Source: Cytophagales bacterium (GTDB taxonomy: Bacteria > Bacteroidota > Bacteroidia > Cytophagales > Cyclobacteriaceae). From it: a stretch of 63,504 bases of DNA. The notes beneath the pieces were generated by a model that saw only the letters and a program-made list of their open reading frames with translations, did no database searches and was not told where the DNA came from. Below, piece by piece: positions 9,241 to 18,940 of the stretch. The DNA lies in assembly GCA_022360055.1 (NCBI GenBank), contig JAKSDO010000108.1, positions 1 through 63,504 of the forward strand, given 5' to 3'. The stretch's first letter is position 1, and each line of letters begins with the position of its first letter. Made by a program: the position numbers and the translations under genes.

Positions 9241-11199
9241 TTAAACCAGGCTGACTTTCAATGAAAAATTGCCGCTGCCCCGGTAGCTTCGCGCCATAAT
9301 AAAATATTCGCCGGGGGATTCCGGTTCAACGGTGATCGTTTCATCCGGGCCCGGGGTGTAGGCGCGCTGATCGTAATCCTCCGTCGTTGGCGGCGCCCCC
9401 CGCTTCACATAAAGATCGAAATCGATCCCTCCCGGGCCGTCCAGGAAGATTCCTGCTCGGGAAGAAATACGGACGGAAAAATATCGTACATCTCCGCTGC
9501 CGCTCAACTGCCCGCCGGCATTGGCTTCCAACTGCAGCGCTTCAATATTCTCCCCATTTCCGTCTAAGCGGTTTTTGGCGAGCTGAACGGCCAGCGCAGC
9601 ATCCGGACGTCCGTAACCGTAAAAGGGGCTGTGTCCTTCACTGTTATAACTTCCGTTTTCCGGATCAATTTGAGTTGCCGACGCTCTCAGGATGTCTTTA
9701 ACTTCATCCCATCTCAAATCCGGATTGGCAGATAAAATAAGGGCACAAATGCCCGCTATTCCGGGGCATGCGCTTGACGTACCTCCGAAAGTTTCGGTAT
9801 AATGTCCATGATCGTCCCCCGGTGGTTCTGCGCCAGGGTCCAGCACACCGGGATTGTACCCTTTCGCTCCTGCGCGGTCCGTTGTCCATATGCCGGGAGA
9901 AAGCGGGTCCGGATGGTTGAACGGCGCATAGCCAATGTCGTTGCTTGGAAACGCACACCATACGGAGGCGCCATAATCGCTGTAAACGCTGCGCGCGTTT
10001 GTGTCGTTGCAGGCCGCTACCGCCACAACGGGATCATAGCTGGCATACCCATCATTTTCAACGCGCTCGTTGCCATTGCCGGCCGCCCTGGTAATTACAC
10101 AACCTTTTCCATTTCTTCCGCTGGTTATTGCGTAATCGATTGCGAGCCTGGTACTGTCGGGCAGAGCGACAAACCTGTCATGAGCGGCATCATTGGGATC
10201 CCACCACTTACCGTCGACCGGCCCCCAACTGCATGAAATTACATCCGCGCCATGCTCGGCAGCCCATTGAAATGCATCTGCTTCAGCCAACGATCCCAGG
10301 TTCGATACCAGGCGAATGGGCATGAGCTTTGCCTCGGGAGCCACGCCGGACGCACCATGATTTCCATTGGCGCAGGCCACGCCGGCACAAGCGGTGCCGT
10401 GATTCTCCGGATAAAACCGGTCTTTTGGTCTCGGATCGTCCGAATTTTCAGTTGCGTCTCTCGGAGCGACGACCTTATCCGCTCCGCCAAATTCTTCGTG
10501 ATCAATATCGACGCCATCGTCAATTACAGCTATTACCGTGCCGCCCCCCTTCGCGGTATTCCAGGCCGGTTCCACATTTACGTGCGCATTTATTAAGTTG
10601 CCGTTTACCGAAGTTTGCTTCAGGTGCCATTGTTGCTCGCCGACAGCTCTTTTTCCGGCTTTTTGAATGATTTCCGGATGGCAGAGTTCAACTCGCTCTT
10701 CATCCAACAAATCCCGGGCGATCTGAAATATTTTTAAACCCGTACCTTCGGGCGCTTCTATAAAATATGCATTGGCAGCATACCCCAGTTTTTTCTTGAT
10801 CGTTAAATTGTGATTTGCTATGATCTGTTCACAACCGGAACTTTCGAGCTCGTCTTGAAATTTGACAAAAAAGTTTTCGGTGTACACAATCGGATTGCCG
10901 TCGGGCGCCCTCAATGCTTTGCCGGCAAAACGGATATCCTTTTCGCTTTTAAATGCGGTACGGGCCTGGTCCCGCATCTGGAGCAACCGGTTTTTCGACT
11001 GTCGGCATTGCAGTACGGTTACGCCGGCATCTTCGAAATTTACGATGGGAGTCATCTGAGACAAAAGTGATTTGGCTTTTGGCGCGGTGATCGCGCTTGC
11101 GAGCGGCATGTTTTCTTTTGTGCGGACCACTACAAGATCTTCTGCGACTTCAGCGAAATGAGTCGTGCCGTTTTTGCCGCCATAATTATAGGTATACAT
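9241..11199 (-). CDS. Subtilisin-like serine peptidase (S8) with N-terminal propeptide-like region and C-terminal PPC (pre-peptidase C-terminal) domain; no signal peptide detected
   Basis: 652 aa. Catalytic triad motifs VIAVIDDGVD (Asp), HGTACAGVA (His), GGTSSACPGIAG (Ser). C-terminal ~90 aa beta-sandwich (GEYFIMARSYRGSGNFSLKVSL). ATG start verified. The N-terminus MYTYNYGGKNG is not hydrophobic. Confidence 0.85.
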   Translation of the reverse strand: MYTYNYGGKNGTTHFAEVAEDLVVVRTKENMPLASAITAPKAKSLLSQMTPIVNFEDAGVTVLQCRQSKNRLLQMRDQARTAFKSEKDIRFAGKALRAPDGNPIVYTENFFVKFQDELESSGCEQIIANHNLTIKKKLGYAANAYFIEAPEGTGLKIFQIARDLLDEERVELCHPEIIQKAGKRAVGEQQWHLKQTSVNGNLINAHVNVEPAWNTAKGGGTVIAVIDDGVDIDHEEFGGADKVVAPRDATENSDDPRPKDRFYPENHGTACAGVACANGNHGASGVAPEAKLMPIRLVSNLGSLAEADAFQWAAEHGADVISCSWGPVDGKWWDPNDAAHDRFVALPDSTRLAIDYAITSGRNGKGCVITRAAGNGNERVENDGYASYDPVVAVAACNDTNARSVYSDYGASVWCAFPSNDIGYAPFNHPDPLSPGIWTTDRAGAKGYNPGVLDPGAEPPGDDHGHYTETFGGTSSACPGIAGICALILSANPDLRWDEVKDILRASATQIDPENGSYNSEGHSPFYGYGRPDAALAVQLAKNRLDGNGENIEALQLEANAGGQLSGSGDVRYFSVRISSRAGIFLDGPGGIDFDLYVKRGAPPTTEDYDQRAYTPGPDETITVEPESPGEYFIMARSYRGSGNFSLKVSLV

Positions 11200-11290
11200 G
11201 TGTTTGATCGTTTTGGTAATAAAACATAATTTCGTTGTAATAAATCAGAAAGTAAATCCCCAATTTTAGTTATTTTTCCTATTCGGGATT

Positions 11291-11599
11291 TCAGATGAGG
11301 TTAAATGCCAGGGCAAATTTAAAAAGTTGAGTATGAGAACTTATCCCCAATTTGCGATTGATATTTTTACGGTGTTGCTCCACCGTATAGCGGCTTATAA
11401 AGAGTTTTTTGGCAATTTGCGGATTATTCATGTCGTTGGCTAGCAGATTAAGCACCTGTAACTCTCTTTTAGTAAGTGAGTTATACTTAGACTGGTTGGC
11501 CTGTTTGAAATTCTCTTCGCTGTGAATTCTGTTTAGCTTATAAATAAATGAATCGAAATCCGTGAGGTTTGTCCTCAGGTAATTTGTCTGGTCGGTCAT
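11291..11599 (-). CDS. Small LuxR-family HTH transcription regulator
   Basis: 102 aa. C-terminal LTKRELQVLNLLANDMNNPQIAKKLFISRYTVEQHRKNINRKLGI is a GerE/LuxR-type HTH. Confidence 0.7.
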   Translation of the reverse strand: MTDQTNYLRTNLTDFDSFIYKLNRIHSEENFKQANQSKYNSLTKRELQVLNLLANDMNNPQIAKKLFISRYTVEQHRKNINRKLGISSHTQLFKFALAFNLI

Positions 11600-12067
11600 G
11601 GGTAGATTTTTAGTTTTCTATTGTTAATAGTTGGTGCCTTTTGTGCAAAAACTAAATAAAAGTAACCCAATTACTGATAATATTTTATCAACTAAAAATA
11701 AAACTTCATTTTCATCATATGGTTGACCTGCCTTGATCGACCGGAAACCCGAGCGATCGGGAATTTATAATCGCCGGAGACAAAACAATGCGTCGGAGTC
11801 ATTCGCATTGTAGGCCTAGCAGCAATTACGTCTGTGGAAAGTTTGTTGGATCCGGATTTTGTCTCGGCCATTTTTGGCCCTGACCGAACCCACCTCCAAA
11901 AAAGGGATCAAGCAGATGACCGGTGCGGTCCGCGGGTGTCTTGAGCTGCGATCATCAAATTCACCCCCGCTTGCAGTCTCAAATTCCATATACCGTCAAC
12001 AGGTGCCGTGACCTTTTGGCAGGTCACGGTTGAAAACAGTGCTCCAAAGAGGAGCCGGAAGTTACGG

Positions 12068-12931
12068 CTAACCCAAATACGTCTTTAGTATTTTGCTGCG
12101 TGAGCTGTGTCTGAGTTTTTTTGTCCCCTTTTCCTTTATCTGACGCACACGCTCTCTGGTAAGCCCGAGCTGCTCTCCGATTTCTTCCAGGGTCATGGCA
12201 TGTTCGCCATTCAAGCCGTAATAATTGGAGATCACGGTTGCTTCTCTTGTGGTAAGTGTCGACAGCGCGCGCTGCACTTCCCTTCGCAACGAATCGACCA
12301 TCAGATCAGAATCCGTCTCGTCAATTTCTTCATTTTCAATAACATCCAATAGACTGTTTCCTTCGCCATTTACAAAAGGAGCATCCATGGATACTTTCTT
12401 GTTTGAAAGCTTCAGGTTTTCGGATACTTCATCGGCGCTGATATCCAACACGTCAGCTAGTTCTTCCTCAGTAGGTTCGCGCTGGTATTTTTGCTCCAGA
12501 TCCGAGAAGGTTCTGGAGATCCTGTTGAGCGAGCTCACCCGGTTTAAAGGCAACCTCACGATTCTCGACTGTTCCGCCAAAGCCTGCATAATGGATTGAC
12601 GAATCCACCATACGGCATAGGAGATGAACTTGAATCCCCGTGTTTCATCAAACCTGGAAGCAGCTTTGATTAAGCCGAGATTCCCTTCATTGATGAGATC
12701 CCCCAGGGTCATACTGCTGTTTTGATATTGTTTTGCCACGGATACTACAAACCGAAGGTTTGCTTTTGCCAACTTCTCCAAAGCAACCTGATCTCCGGCC
12801 TTGATTCTTCGCGCCAGCTCAACTTCTTCTTCAGCCGTGATCATTTCGACCTTGCTGATTTCCTGAAAATATTTTTCGAGGGACTGGCTCTCACGATTCG
12901 TGATTTGCTTTGTTATTTTAAGTTGCTTCAT
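12068..12931 (-). CDS. rpoD: RNA polymerase primary sigma factor (sigma-70/RpoD, short Bacteroidota type)
   Basis: 287 aa. Region 2 ([37 protein letters not shown]) and region 4 ([29 protein letters not shown]) are clear. The size matches Bacteroidota SigA. Confidence 0.9.
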   Translation of the reverse strand: MKQLKITKQITNRESQSLEKYFQEISKVEMITAEEEVELARRIKAGDQVALEKLAKANLRFVVSVAKQYQNSSMTLGDLINEGNLGLIKAASRFDETRGFKFISYAVWWIRQSIMQALAEQSRIVRLPLNRVSSLNRISRTFSDLEQKYQREPTEEELADVLDISADEVSENLKLSNKKVSMDAPFVNGEGNSLLDVIENEEIDETDSDLMVDSLRREVQRALSTLTTREATVISNYYGLNGEHAMTLEEIGEQLGLTRERVRQIKEKGTKKLRHSSRSKILKTYLG

Positions 12932-12996
12932 TTTTTAAATCAATTATCTAAATACGATGATTTTAATATTCGGTACCTTTTTTATCTTCTATGCGA

Positions 12997-13200
12997 TCAA
13001 TTCGGACTCGTCTCAAGAACCCGGACATTAATTGCGGTCAAACCCTTTTCCCGGTGTAAAACGTCAAATTCTACGACGTCCATTTCACAGATTTCATCGA
13101 TCAATCCGGTAGAATGTACAAATATGTCCTTCCGGGTTTCCGATGACCTTATAAATCCATAACCCTTTTCTTCATTTATATACTTAACTTTTCCTTTCAT
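12997..13200 (-). CDS. Cold-shock protein, CspA family
   Basis: 67 aa. KGKVKYINEEKGYGFI ... DIFVHSTG carries the RNP1/RNP2 motifs of CSD proteins. The 5' UTR appears to be >150 nt. Confidence 0.9.
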   Translation of the reverse strand: MKGKVKYINEEKGYGFIRSSETRKDIFVHSTGLIDEICEMDVVEFDVLHREKGLTAINVRVLETSPN

Positions 13201-13427
13201 CTAATCCTCAAAAATTGATCGTGTTTGTCTATGAAAATACCCAATTTCTTGGTGTGCCAGGCAATAATCATTTGCCTGAAAATCCTCTCAGTGAATGTTC
13301 ATAACGTCTGGGTTCATTGGGTCAGGAATGACTGGCGCTCGTGCTCCACGTTCCAACCTTATCGCAAAATACAGTGTGATCTTCATTCAATCGTGCAAGC
13401 GCTTGAATACATCTTACTTGTATTTTC

Positions 13428-13458
13428 AGCCCGCAAAATTAATAAAATTTTGCGGGCT
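13428..13458. terminator. Strong hairpin (13-bp stem AGCCCGCAAAATT / AATTTTGCGGGCT, 5-nt loop); likely terminator of the NTPase-TPR unit, separating it from the csp promoter
   Basis: Perfect inverted repeat read directly from the sequence. It lies ~165 nt downstream of the TPR gene stop on the minus strand. No strict U-tract follows. Confidence 0.4.
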
Positions 13459-13621
13459 ATCAAAATTTCACTCTAGTTTTACGAATTCGTTCAAATTGAG
13501 TTTCGGGAATCCCGGTTTATTTTCAATTGCCGTTTTTTGAACCAGGGTCTCCGGTTTTGTACGACCGCCCCATGCACGGATAAACGGTTCGGGGCGATTC
13601 ACCGGAATCTCAGCAATTTAC

Positions 13622-16003
13622 TCAACCTGAAAGCTCAAACTCACGGCTAAATCTGCCGATAAAACGATCTATGCCCTGCGGCGGATGAGGAGCAGATTTT
13701 AACAGATCAAAATCTTTCAGGAATGCTTTTATTAACCCTGTAGAAGACCTTAGCTCCCCGGCTTGCTCCTCAAGTATTCGATTGGCCTTTTCCTCCTCTT
13801 CCAAACCGAGTAAGCATGTCAGATATTCCATGTGATTGAATAGCGATTGAGGATTAAGTTTGGAAAGAACGGTTTTGAATTCTTTTTTTGCGGCTCTGTT
13901 TTTGTCTGACCGATACAGGGCGATCCCAAGATTAATGCGCAGGGTAGAATTATCGGGGTCGATATTCAAGCCCTTTCGGAAATATTTTTCGGCAGCGTTT
14001 AAATCCCCGTATTGTAAATAAAAATATCCGAGACTATTTATGGAATATACATTTTCGGGATCGAGCGCTACGGATTTCTCGTACATCTTTCGGGCCATAT
14101 CTTTTTGACCCAGGTCGCTGTACAACATTCCTAAACCGTTGTAGGGATAGGAGTTGTTCGGATCGAGTTCGATGGCTTTTTCGTACATTTTACGGGCTTC
14201 TTCCTTTTGGTTGATCTCTTTCAGAAGATTGCCCAACCCGTTATAAGGTTGCGAATTGTTCGGATCGAGCTTTATGGCTTTTTCGTACAGCGCTTTCGCG
14301 TCCTCAATTTTGCCCGAATCGTAAAGGACATTTCCCAAACCATTATACGGATATGAATTATCCGGATCGAGTTCGATGGCTTTTTCGTACATTTTACTGG
14401 CCTCTTCCATTTGTCCAAGGTCATTCAAAACATTTCCCAGCCCATTATATGCGAAAGTGTTTTTCGGATTGAGTTCTATTGATTTTTCATACTGCGCTTT
14501 CGCGTCCTCAAATTTGCCCGTATCGTATAAGATGTTTCCCAACCCGTTATAGGGATGCGAATTGTTCGGATCGAGTTCTATTGATTTTTCATACATCTTT
14601 CGGGCCTCTTCCTTTTGTCCAAAATCGTGAAGTATGTTTCCTAACCCATTATACGGATTGGAATAACCCGGCTTTAGCGCAATAGACTTCTCGTACATTT
14701 TGCGAGCTTCTTCGTTGTTTCCGAGAACTCTTAAAAGATTTCCGAGCCCATTGTACGGATACGCATCCGACGGATCGAGTTCGATCGATTTTTCATACAT
14801 CTTCCGGGCTTTTTCCTTTTGTCCCAGGTCATTCAAAGCATTCCCCATTCCATTGTAGGGAAAAGAGCTTTTCGGATCGAGCTCTATGGCCTTTTTATAC
14901 ATTTTCATGGCTTCATCCGTCTGTCCTAAATCGCGCAGCAAATTTCCCAACCCATTGTACGGGTTGGAATAATCCGGCTTTAGCTCGATGGACTTCTCGT
15001 ACATCTTTCGGGCCTCCTCTTTTTGCCCTGTCGCATAGTAGATGAGTGCCAGGCCATAGTGCGGATACGTACTGCGCGGATTCAGTTCGATGGCTTTTTC
15101 ATAATGTTCCCTGGCTTTTTCTTGCTGGTCGGAATCATAAAATACATTTCCCAATCCGTTATACGGACTCGAATAATCCGGCTTTAGCTCAATAGATGTT
15201 TTGTACATTTTCGTGGCTTCATCAATAAGCCCGAGGTCTTTCAGTACATTTCCAAGTCCATTATAGGGGTATGGGTCCTTGGGATCAAGCTCGATCGATT
15301 TTTCATAGTATTTCCTGGCTTCTTCTTTTTGACCGAGCTCTCTCATTACGTTGCCCAATCCATTGTGCGGATAAGAATTGTTCGGATCGAGCTCAATGGC
15401 TTTTTCGTATACTTTTTTTGCTTCTTGAAACTTTCCCAAATCATAAAACAAATTGCCTAATCCATTGTAAGGGAAGGAATAGTTTGGGTCGACTTCGATC
15501 GATTTTTCATACATTTCTTTCGCCTTGGACATTTTATCAATCTCCCGATAGGCAATCCCGCAATTATAATAGGTCCAGGTAAAATCAGGTATGTATTTTA
15601 AGCTTGACTTATAATTGTCAATGGCAGCCGGATTGTTGTGGTTCTTTTGTTCCAGCAAACCAATTATAAAATAAAGAATGCCCTTGCTATACGGTTGAAG
15701 CCATTGGGATTTCTTGAGGCTGCTTAGCTTTGTTACAGATGCATCTCGATTTTCGTTGAAATTGAATGATTTCCAGAAACGCACCCATTCGATCGTTTCC
15801 GGAGACACGTCGTATATGCCCTCTTCCTCAATCCAATAAATTGTATCGTACAGCTTGTTGATGAGGTCCGGTGACTTGTAATAATTAAATAAGACCAGAT
15901 CGACAAGAAGCTGCTGTCCTCTTTTTTCAGAAGAGGCAAAGGCATAGTATAATCTTTTGAGTATCCTTTCTTCCCTTTCGGTAGATTTGATTTCTTCTGC
16001 CAT
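13622..16003 (-). CDS. Tetratricopeptide-repeat protein (~17 near-identical 34-aa TPRs with PYNGLGN core)
   Basis: 793 aa. Repeating units of the form YEKSIELDPNNSYPYNGLGNVLxDLGQxEEAxKM. Unique N-terminal (~120 aa) and C-terminal (~130 aa) regions have no recognisable catalytic domain. Its ATG lies 2 nt after the upstream NTPase stop. Confidence 0.85.
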   Translation of the reverse strand: MAEEIKSTEREERILKRLYYAFASSEKRGQQLLVDLVLFNYYKSPDLINKLYDTIYWIEEEGIYDVSPETIEWVRFWKSFNFNENRDASVTKLSSLKKSQWLQPYSKGILYFIIGLLEQKNHNNPAAIDNYKSSLKYIPDFTWTYYNCGIAYREIDKMSKAKEMYEKSIEVDPNYSFPYNGLGNLFYDLGKFQEAKKVYEKAIELDPNNSYPHNGLGNVMRELGQKEEARKYYEKSIELDPKDPYPYNGLGNVLKDLGLIDEATKMYKTSIELKPDYSSPYNGLGNVFYDSDQQEKAREHYEKAIELNPRSTYPHYGLALIYYATGQKEEARKMYEKSIELKPDYSNPYNGLGNLLRDLGQTDEAMKMYKKAIELDPKSSFPYNGMGNALNDLGQKEKARKMYEKSIELDPSDAYPYNGLGNLLRVLGNNEEARKMYEKSIALKPGYSNPYNGLGNILHDFGQKEEARKMYEKSIELDPNNSHPYNGLGNILYDTGKFEDAKAQYEKSIELNPKNTFAYNGLGNVLNDLGQMEEASKMYEKAIELDPDNSYPYNGLGNVLYDSGKIEDAKALYEKAIKLDPNNSQPYNGLGNLLKEINQKEEARKMYEKAIELDPNNSYPYNGLGMLYSDLGQKDMARKMYEKSVALDPENVYSINSLGYFYLQYGDLNAAEKYFRKGLNIDPDNSTLRINLGIALYRSDKNRAAKKEFKTVLSKLNPQSLFNHMEYLTCLLGLEEEEKANRILEEQAGELRSSTGLIKAFLKDFDLLKSAPHPPQGIDRFIGRFSREFELSG

Positions 16004-16005
16004 TT

Positions 16006-17406
16006 CTAACCAGCGTAAAATTTTTCTAAGTCGACATTTATCTGCTTCAGGTATTCCTCATCCTTGATTTTAAGGTATTTGAGTATAAACTCCCTGGCCA
16101 GTTCGTGCATCGTGTCGTTAATGGCATCGATAAAGCTGTATTGTTGCGCGAGCCTTTTTATTTGATCTTCGACCTCGGAGAAGTTCATTTCGGACTTGTT
16201 GAATATGTATTTCAAAGCGGCTTTATCGATTTTTCCGGATCTGGAGCAGCAAATTGCCAATTTGTAGATGGTATCCCGGTATTTCGGGTCCGCATTGTTA
16301 TCCAAAAACCAATTAATTGACTTTTGGATGATACTCACCTTTTTCTCAAGGACTTCATTTTTTAGTTTTTCCAACTGTTGGGAACTCGTGACTTCGGTAA
16401 AGCTGCTTCTGAAAAATCCCACGGCTACCGGATACCCCTCTGTCAACTCAAAAAGTACTTTTATGAATTCTTCATATTTGTGCATTTTCTTTTGCAATTC
16501 CTCAACCTGCGGAAGAATTTTGATGATATCCTTTTCCCGGAACTTTTTCAGTTCGAAAGATTTGATTTGCCTGTCAAACAGGAAGTTTTGATAATCAAAA
16601 GAATAATCCGTTCTGCTCGCCTGGATTACAAAAATATCGTTGGAAATTTGGTTTAGAAAAACATCTCTCCAGTACTCGTAAAAAGTCTTGTCCGACCGTG
16701 TATTGGGGGTATTGACGAGCTTTTCAAAACGGTCGACCAGAAGAATGATTTTCCTTTTCTTATCCTTACAAATTTTGTTTAGTATTCTTGCCAATTCCTT
16801 GGCCTGCTCCTCTTGCAAATCTTTAAGGAATAGGGTGTACTTATCTCTGTCCAATTTTTTTCTGGCCAGTTTTCTCCTGAACGAGGTGATGCCATCGTGA
16901 ATTCCGCCTACGGCAAATTTCATTGCGTCGCCAATCGCCTTCTCGCCGACAAAAGCAGCTCCGGGAACCGTGGAGGCCACTGCTTTTGAAGCTACGCTGG
17001 CAATAATATTATTAAACTGTTCGGCGTTTTTCGGATCTTTTATTACTTCTTCGTCGACAATTTTTTCTATATTTTCAACCTTGTCCAAGAACTTGACATA
17101 TTCGTCAAAATAATCCAAGAAATCATATTCCAGTGCGGTAAGAATTTCATTGAAAAGACGCTCAATGGTCATGTCAGTCTTGTTACAATCAATATAGATT
17201 ATAAAGGGTTTTTTGTCATGTTGCTCCGCGTGGATCTTAAATCTTTGCAAAAGCCATGTTTTACCCATGCCCCCGGGCCCATGAAACAACAAAATTGGAG
17301 CTGTTTCTGATTTTGAGCACAACCTATTCAGGTGATGGAGAAATTCTTGTTGTTCTTCTTCGCGGTTGACAAAAAAATCCATGATTTCGGTTTGTTCACA
17401 ATTCAA
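16006..17406 (-). CDS. STAND/AAA_16-type P-loop NTPase (no N-terminal effector domain)
   Basis: Walker A LLFHGPGGMGKTWLLQRF; Walker B KIILLVDRFEKL. The domain order resembles NB-ARC/NACHT-type STAND modules. The track start is a TTG (revcomp of 17404-17406). The first ATG is at 17382-17380 (MDFFVNREEE...), so the true span is probably 16006..17382. Confidence 0.75.
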   Translation of the reverse strand: MNCEQTEIMDFFVNREEEQQEFLHHLNRLCSKSETAPILLFHGPGGMGKTWLLQRFKIHAEQHDKKPFIIYIDCNKTDMTIERLFNEILTALEYDFLDYFDEYVKFLDKVENIEKIVDEEVIKDPKNAEQFNNIIASVASKAVASTVPGAAFVGEKAIGDAMKFAVGGIHDGITSFRRKLARKKLDRDKYTLFLKDLQEEQAKELARILNKICKDKKRKIILLVDRFEKLVNTPNTRSDKTFYEYWRDVFLNQISNDIFVIQASRTDYSFDYQNFLFDRQIKSFELKKFREKDIIKILPQVEELQKKMHKYEEFIKVLFELTEGYPVAVGFFRSSFTEVTSSQQLEKLKNEVLEKKVSIIQKSINWFLDNNADPKYRDTIYKLAICCSRSGKIDKAALKYIFNKSEMNFSEVEDQIKRLAQQYSFIDAINDTMHELAREFILKYLKIKDEEYLKQINVDLEKFYAG

Positions 17407-17424
17407 TTTAATAAATATTGAATT
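17400..17424. promoter_or_regulatory. Perfect palindrome AATTCAAT-N9-ATTGAATT, 18-42 nt upstream of the NTPase ATG; candidate operator/promoter element
   Basis: Read directly: aattcaat ttaataaat attgaatt. It lies in AT-rich DNA immediately 5' of the NTPase-TPR unit. Confidence 0.35.
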
Positions 17425-17839
17425 AAAACAAGTTACTTACGGTCGTAAAATCACAAATATTTTATCCACCGCATCATCAAATTCTCCTGGAAAATGTCCG
17501 ATGGCAAAAAGTGATCCGCACAAATACCAACCGGTTTATAGCATTCAAAAGGAATCGGAAAAGGTCAGGGCAGTCGTTCAACCACACCTGATCTCTCCGA
17601 AATGCAGGTGATCGGCTTAGTTCGTACAGGATGCCCCTCCGGGCCGGCATTTACGGCGGTCGCATTTCCCAATATTTCCACTTGATTTATGAATATGGCC
17701 GCATCCCACCAATTCAGGTTTCTTTTGGACAATCACTTCTTTAAGGGCTTTGATTCCCAAATGGACCCCGCCGGAAGAAACATCCGAAACTCCGCCCTTT
17801 CTCTATTTCCCTGCAACTCATTCCGCAAGACGAGCAACC

Positions 17840-18940
17840 TCATTTTGCCGGAGCGAAGATGCTTTTCAATTGATCGAGCACCTGACCGTTTCCGGCTACG
17901 GTGATCTCTCCGATTTTTTCAGCGATCTTTTCCACATATTCCATTTCTTTCAACTTAAACAACATTTCGTTGTCTTCCATCAGTTTTGCCGTATTCAACA
18001 GGCTCCTGGTGGATGCAGTTTCTTCCCTGCGCATGATCACGTTGGCTTGCGCCTTCTTTTGTGCGACCAGCACCTGGTTCATGATATCCTTTACATCTCC
18101 CGGTAAAATGATATCCCGTACCCCGCAGTTGCTGATTTCAACCCCGAGCGCTCTTGCCTGGTCTTTTACGGCATCCAGAACAAGCCCCGAAAGGGCCTCT
18201 TTTTTTTCCAGCAGTTCGTCAAAGTAATACGTTCCCACGATTTCCCTGAGCGATAGTTGTAGCAACACGTACAACTGCCTTTCGTAGTCTTTGTTATCCA
18301 CAAGCGCCTTTTCAATGTTGTTTACTTTATAGTGTGCCATCAGGCTGATCCGCAGCGCGGCTTTGTCCCTTGTCAGGATCTCCTGACCGGAAACTTCAAG
18401 CTGCCTTTTCCTCAAATCCACTTTCGCGACCGTCACTTCTGTCGCATTTTTCCAGAAATAGTATTCTCCCGGACCGAGGACGCGATCGAATTTGTTTCCG
18501 ATGAAAAGCACGCCTTTTTCGGATGCATCGATCTTACACACCCGGACATAGGGCTCCAGCTCTTTCCTTTTGAGTGTAAGGGCATCGATGTTTTCCCCGA
18601 TCTCAATTTTACTTAAATCCGCTTTTACAAAGCTGAGGCTATTTACCCATTTCCAGAACGCATATATTCCGGGGGTGAGCACACCTCTGAAGTTGCCATT
18701 CTCATATTGAAGCGCAATTTCATTATCTTTTATTTCAACGACTTCCAGCAGTGTTTTAAGTTTTTCATCTTTCAAAAGCAGGTTGAGCTCCACAAACGGA
18801 TTAAAAGGCTCAGCTCGGTTGTAAAGGACAACTTTTGCAAACGGTCCAATCCAATAGACTCCGGAGGTGAGCACTCTTTTGTAGTCCCCCTTGCGAAATA
18901 GCAAACCTACTCTGTCAGCATTAATTCTGATCCTTTTCAT
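17840..18940 (-). CDS. SPFH/band-7 (stomatin/HflK-like) domain protein with triplicated N-terminal repeat
   Basis: 366 aa. The C-terminal half (EILTRDKAALRISLMAHYKV ... GVRDIILPGDVKDIMNQVLVAQKKAQANV) matches the SPFH core. The N-terminal 190 aa contain three ~55-aa repeats (GVYWIGPFAKVVLYN / GIYAFWKWVNSLSFVKADL / GEYYFWKNATEVTVAKVDL). Confidence 0.7.
   Translation of the reverse strand: MKRIRINADRVGLLFRKGDYKRVLTSGVYWIGPFAKVVLYNRAEPFNPFVELNLLLKDEKLKTLLEVVEIKDNEIALQYENGNFRGVLTPGIYAFWKWVNSLSFVKADLSKIEIGENIDALTLKRKELEPYVRVCKIDASEKGVLFIGNKFDRVLGPGEYYFWKNATEVTVAKVDLRKRQLEVSGQEILTRDKAALRISLMAHYKVNNIEKALVDNKDYERQLYVLLQLSLREIVGTYYFDELLEKKEALSGLVLDAVKDQARALGVEISNCGVRDIILPGDVKDIMNQVLVAQKKAQANVIMRREETASTRSLLNTAKLMEDNEMLFKLKEMEYVEKIAEKIGEITVAGNGQVLDQLKSIFAPAK

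Noticed and set aside
10329-10670. Arg/Pro-rich 113-aa ORF within the S8 peptidase gene
   Set aside because: It is an antisense or alternate-frame artefact of a GC-rich coding region. The S8 catalytic motifs lie in the minus-strand frame.
13900-15560. Regularly spaced direct repeats that might suggest a CRISPR array
   Set aside because: The repeats are 102-bp in-frame TPR coding units with no unique spacers, and no cas genes are present.
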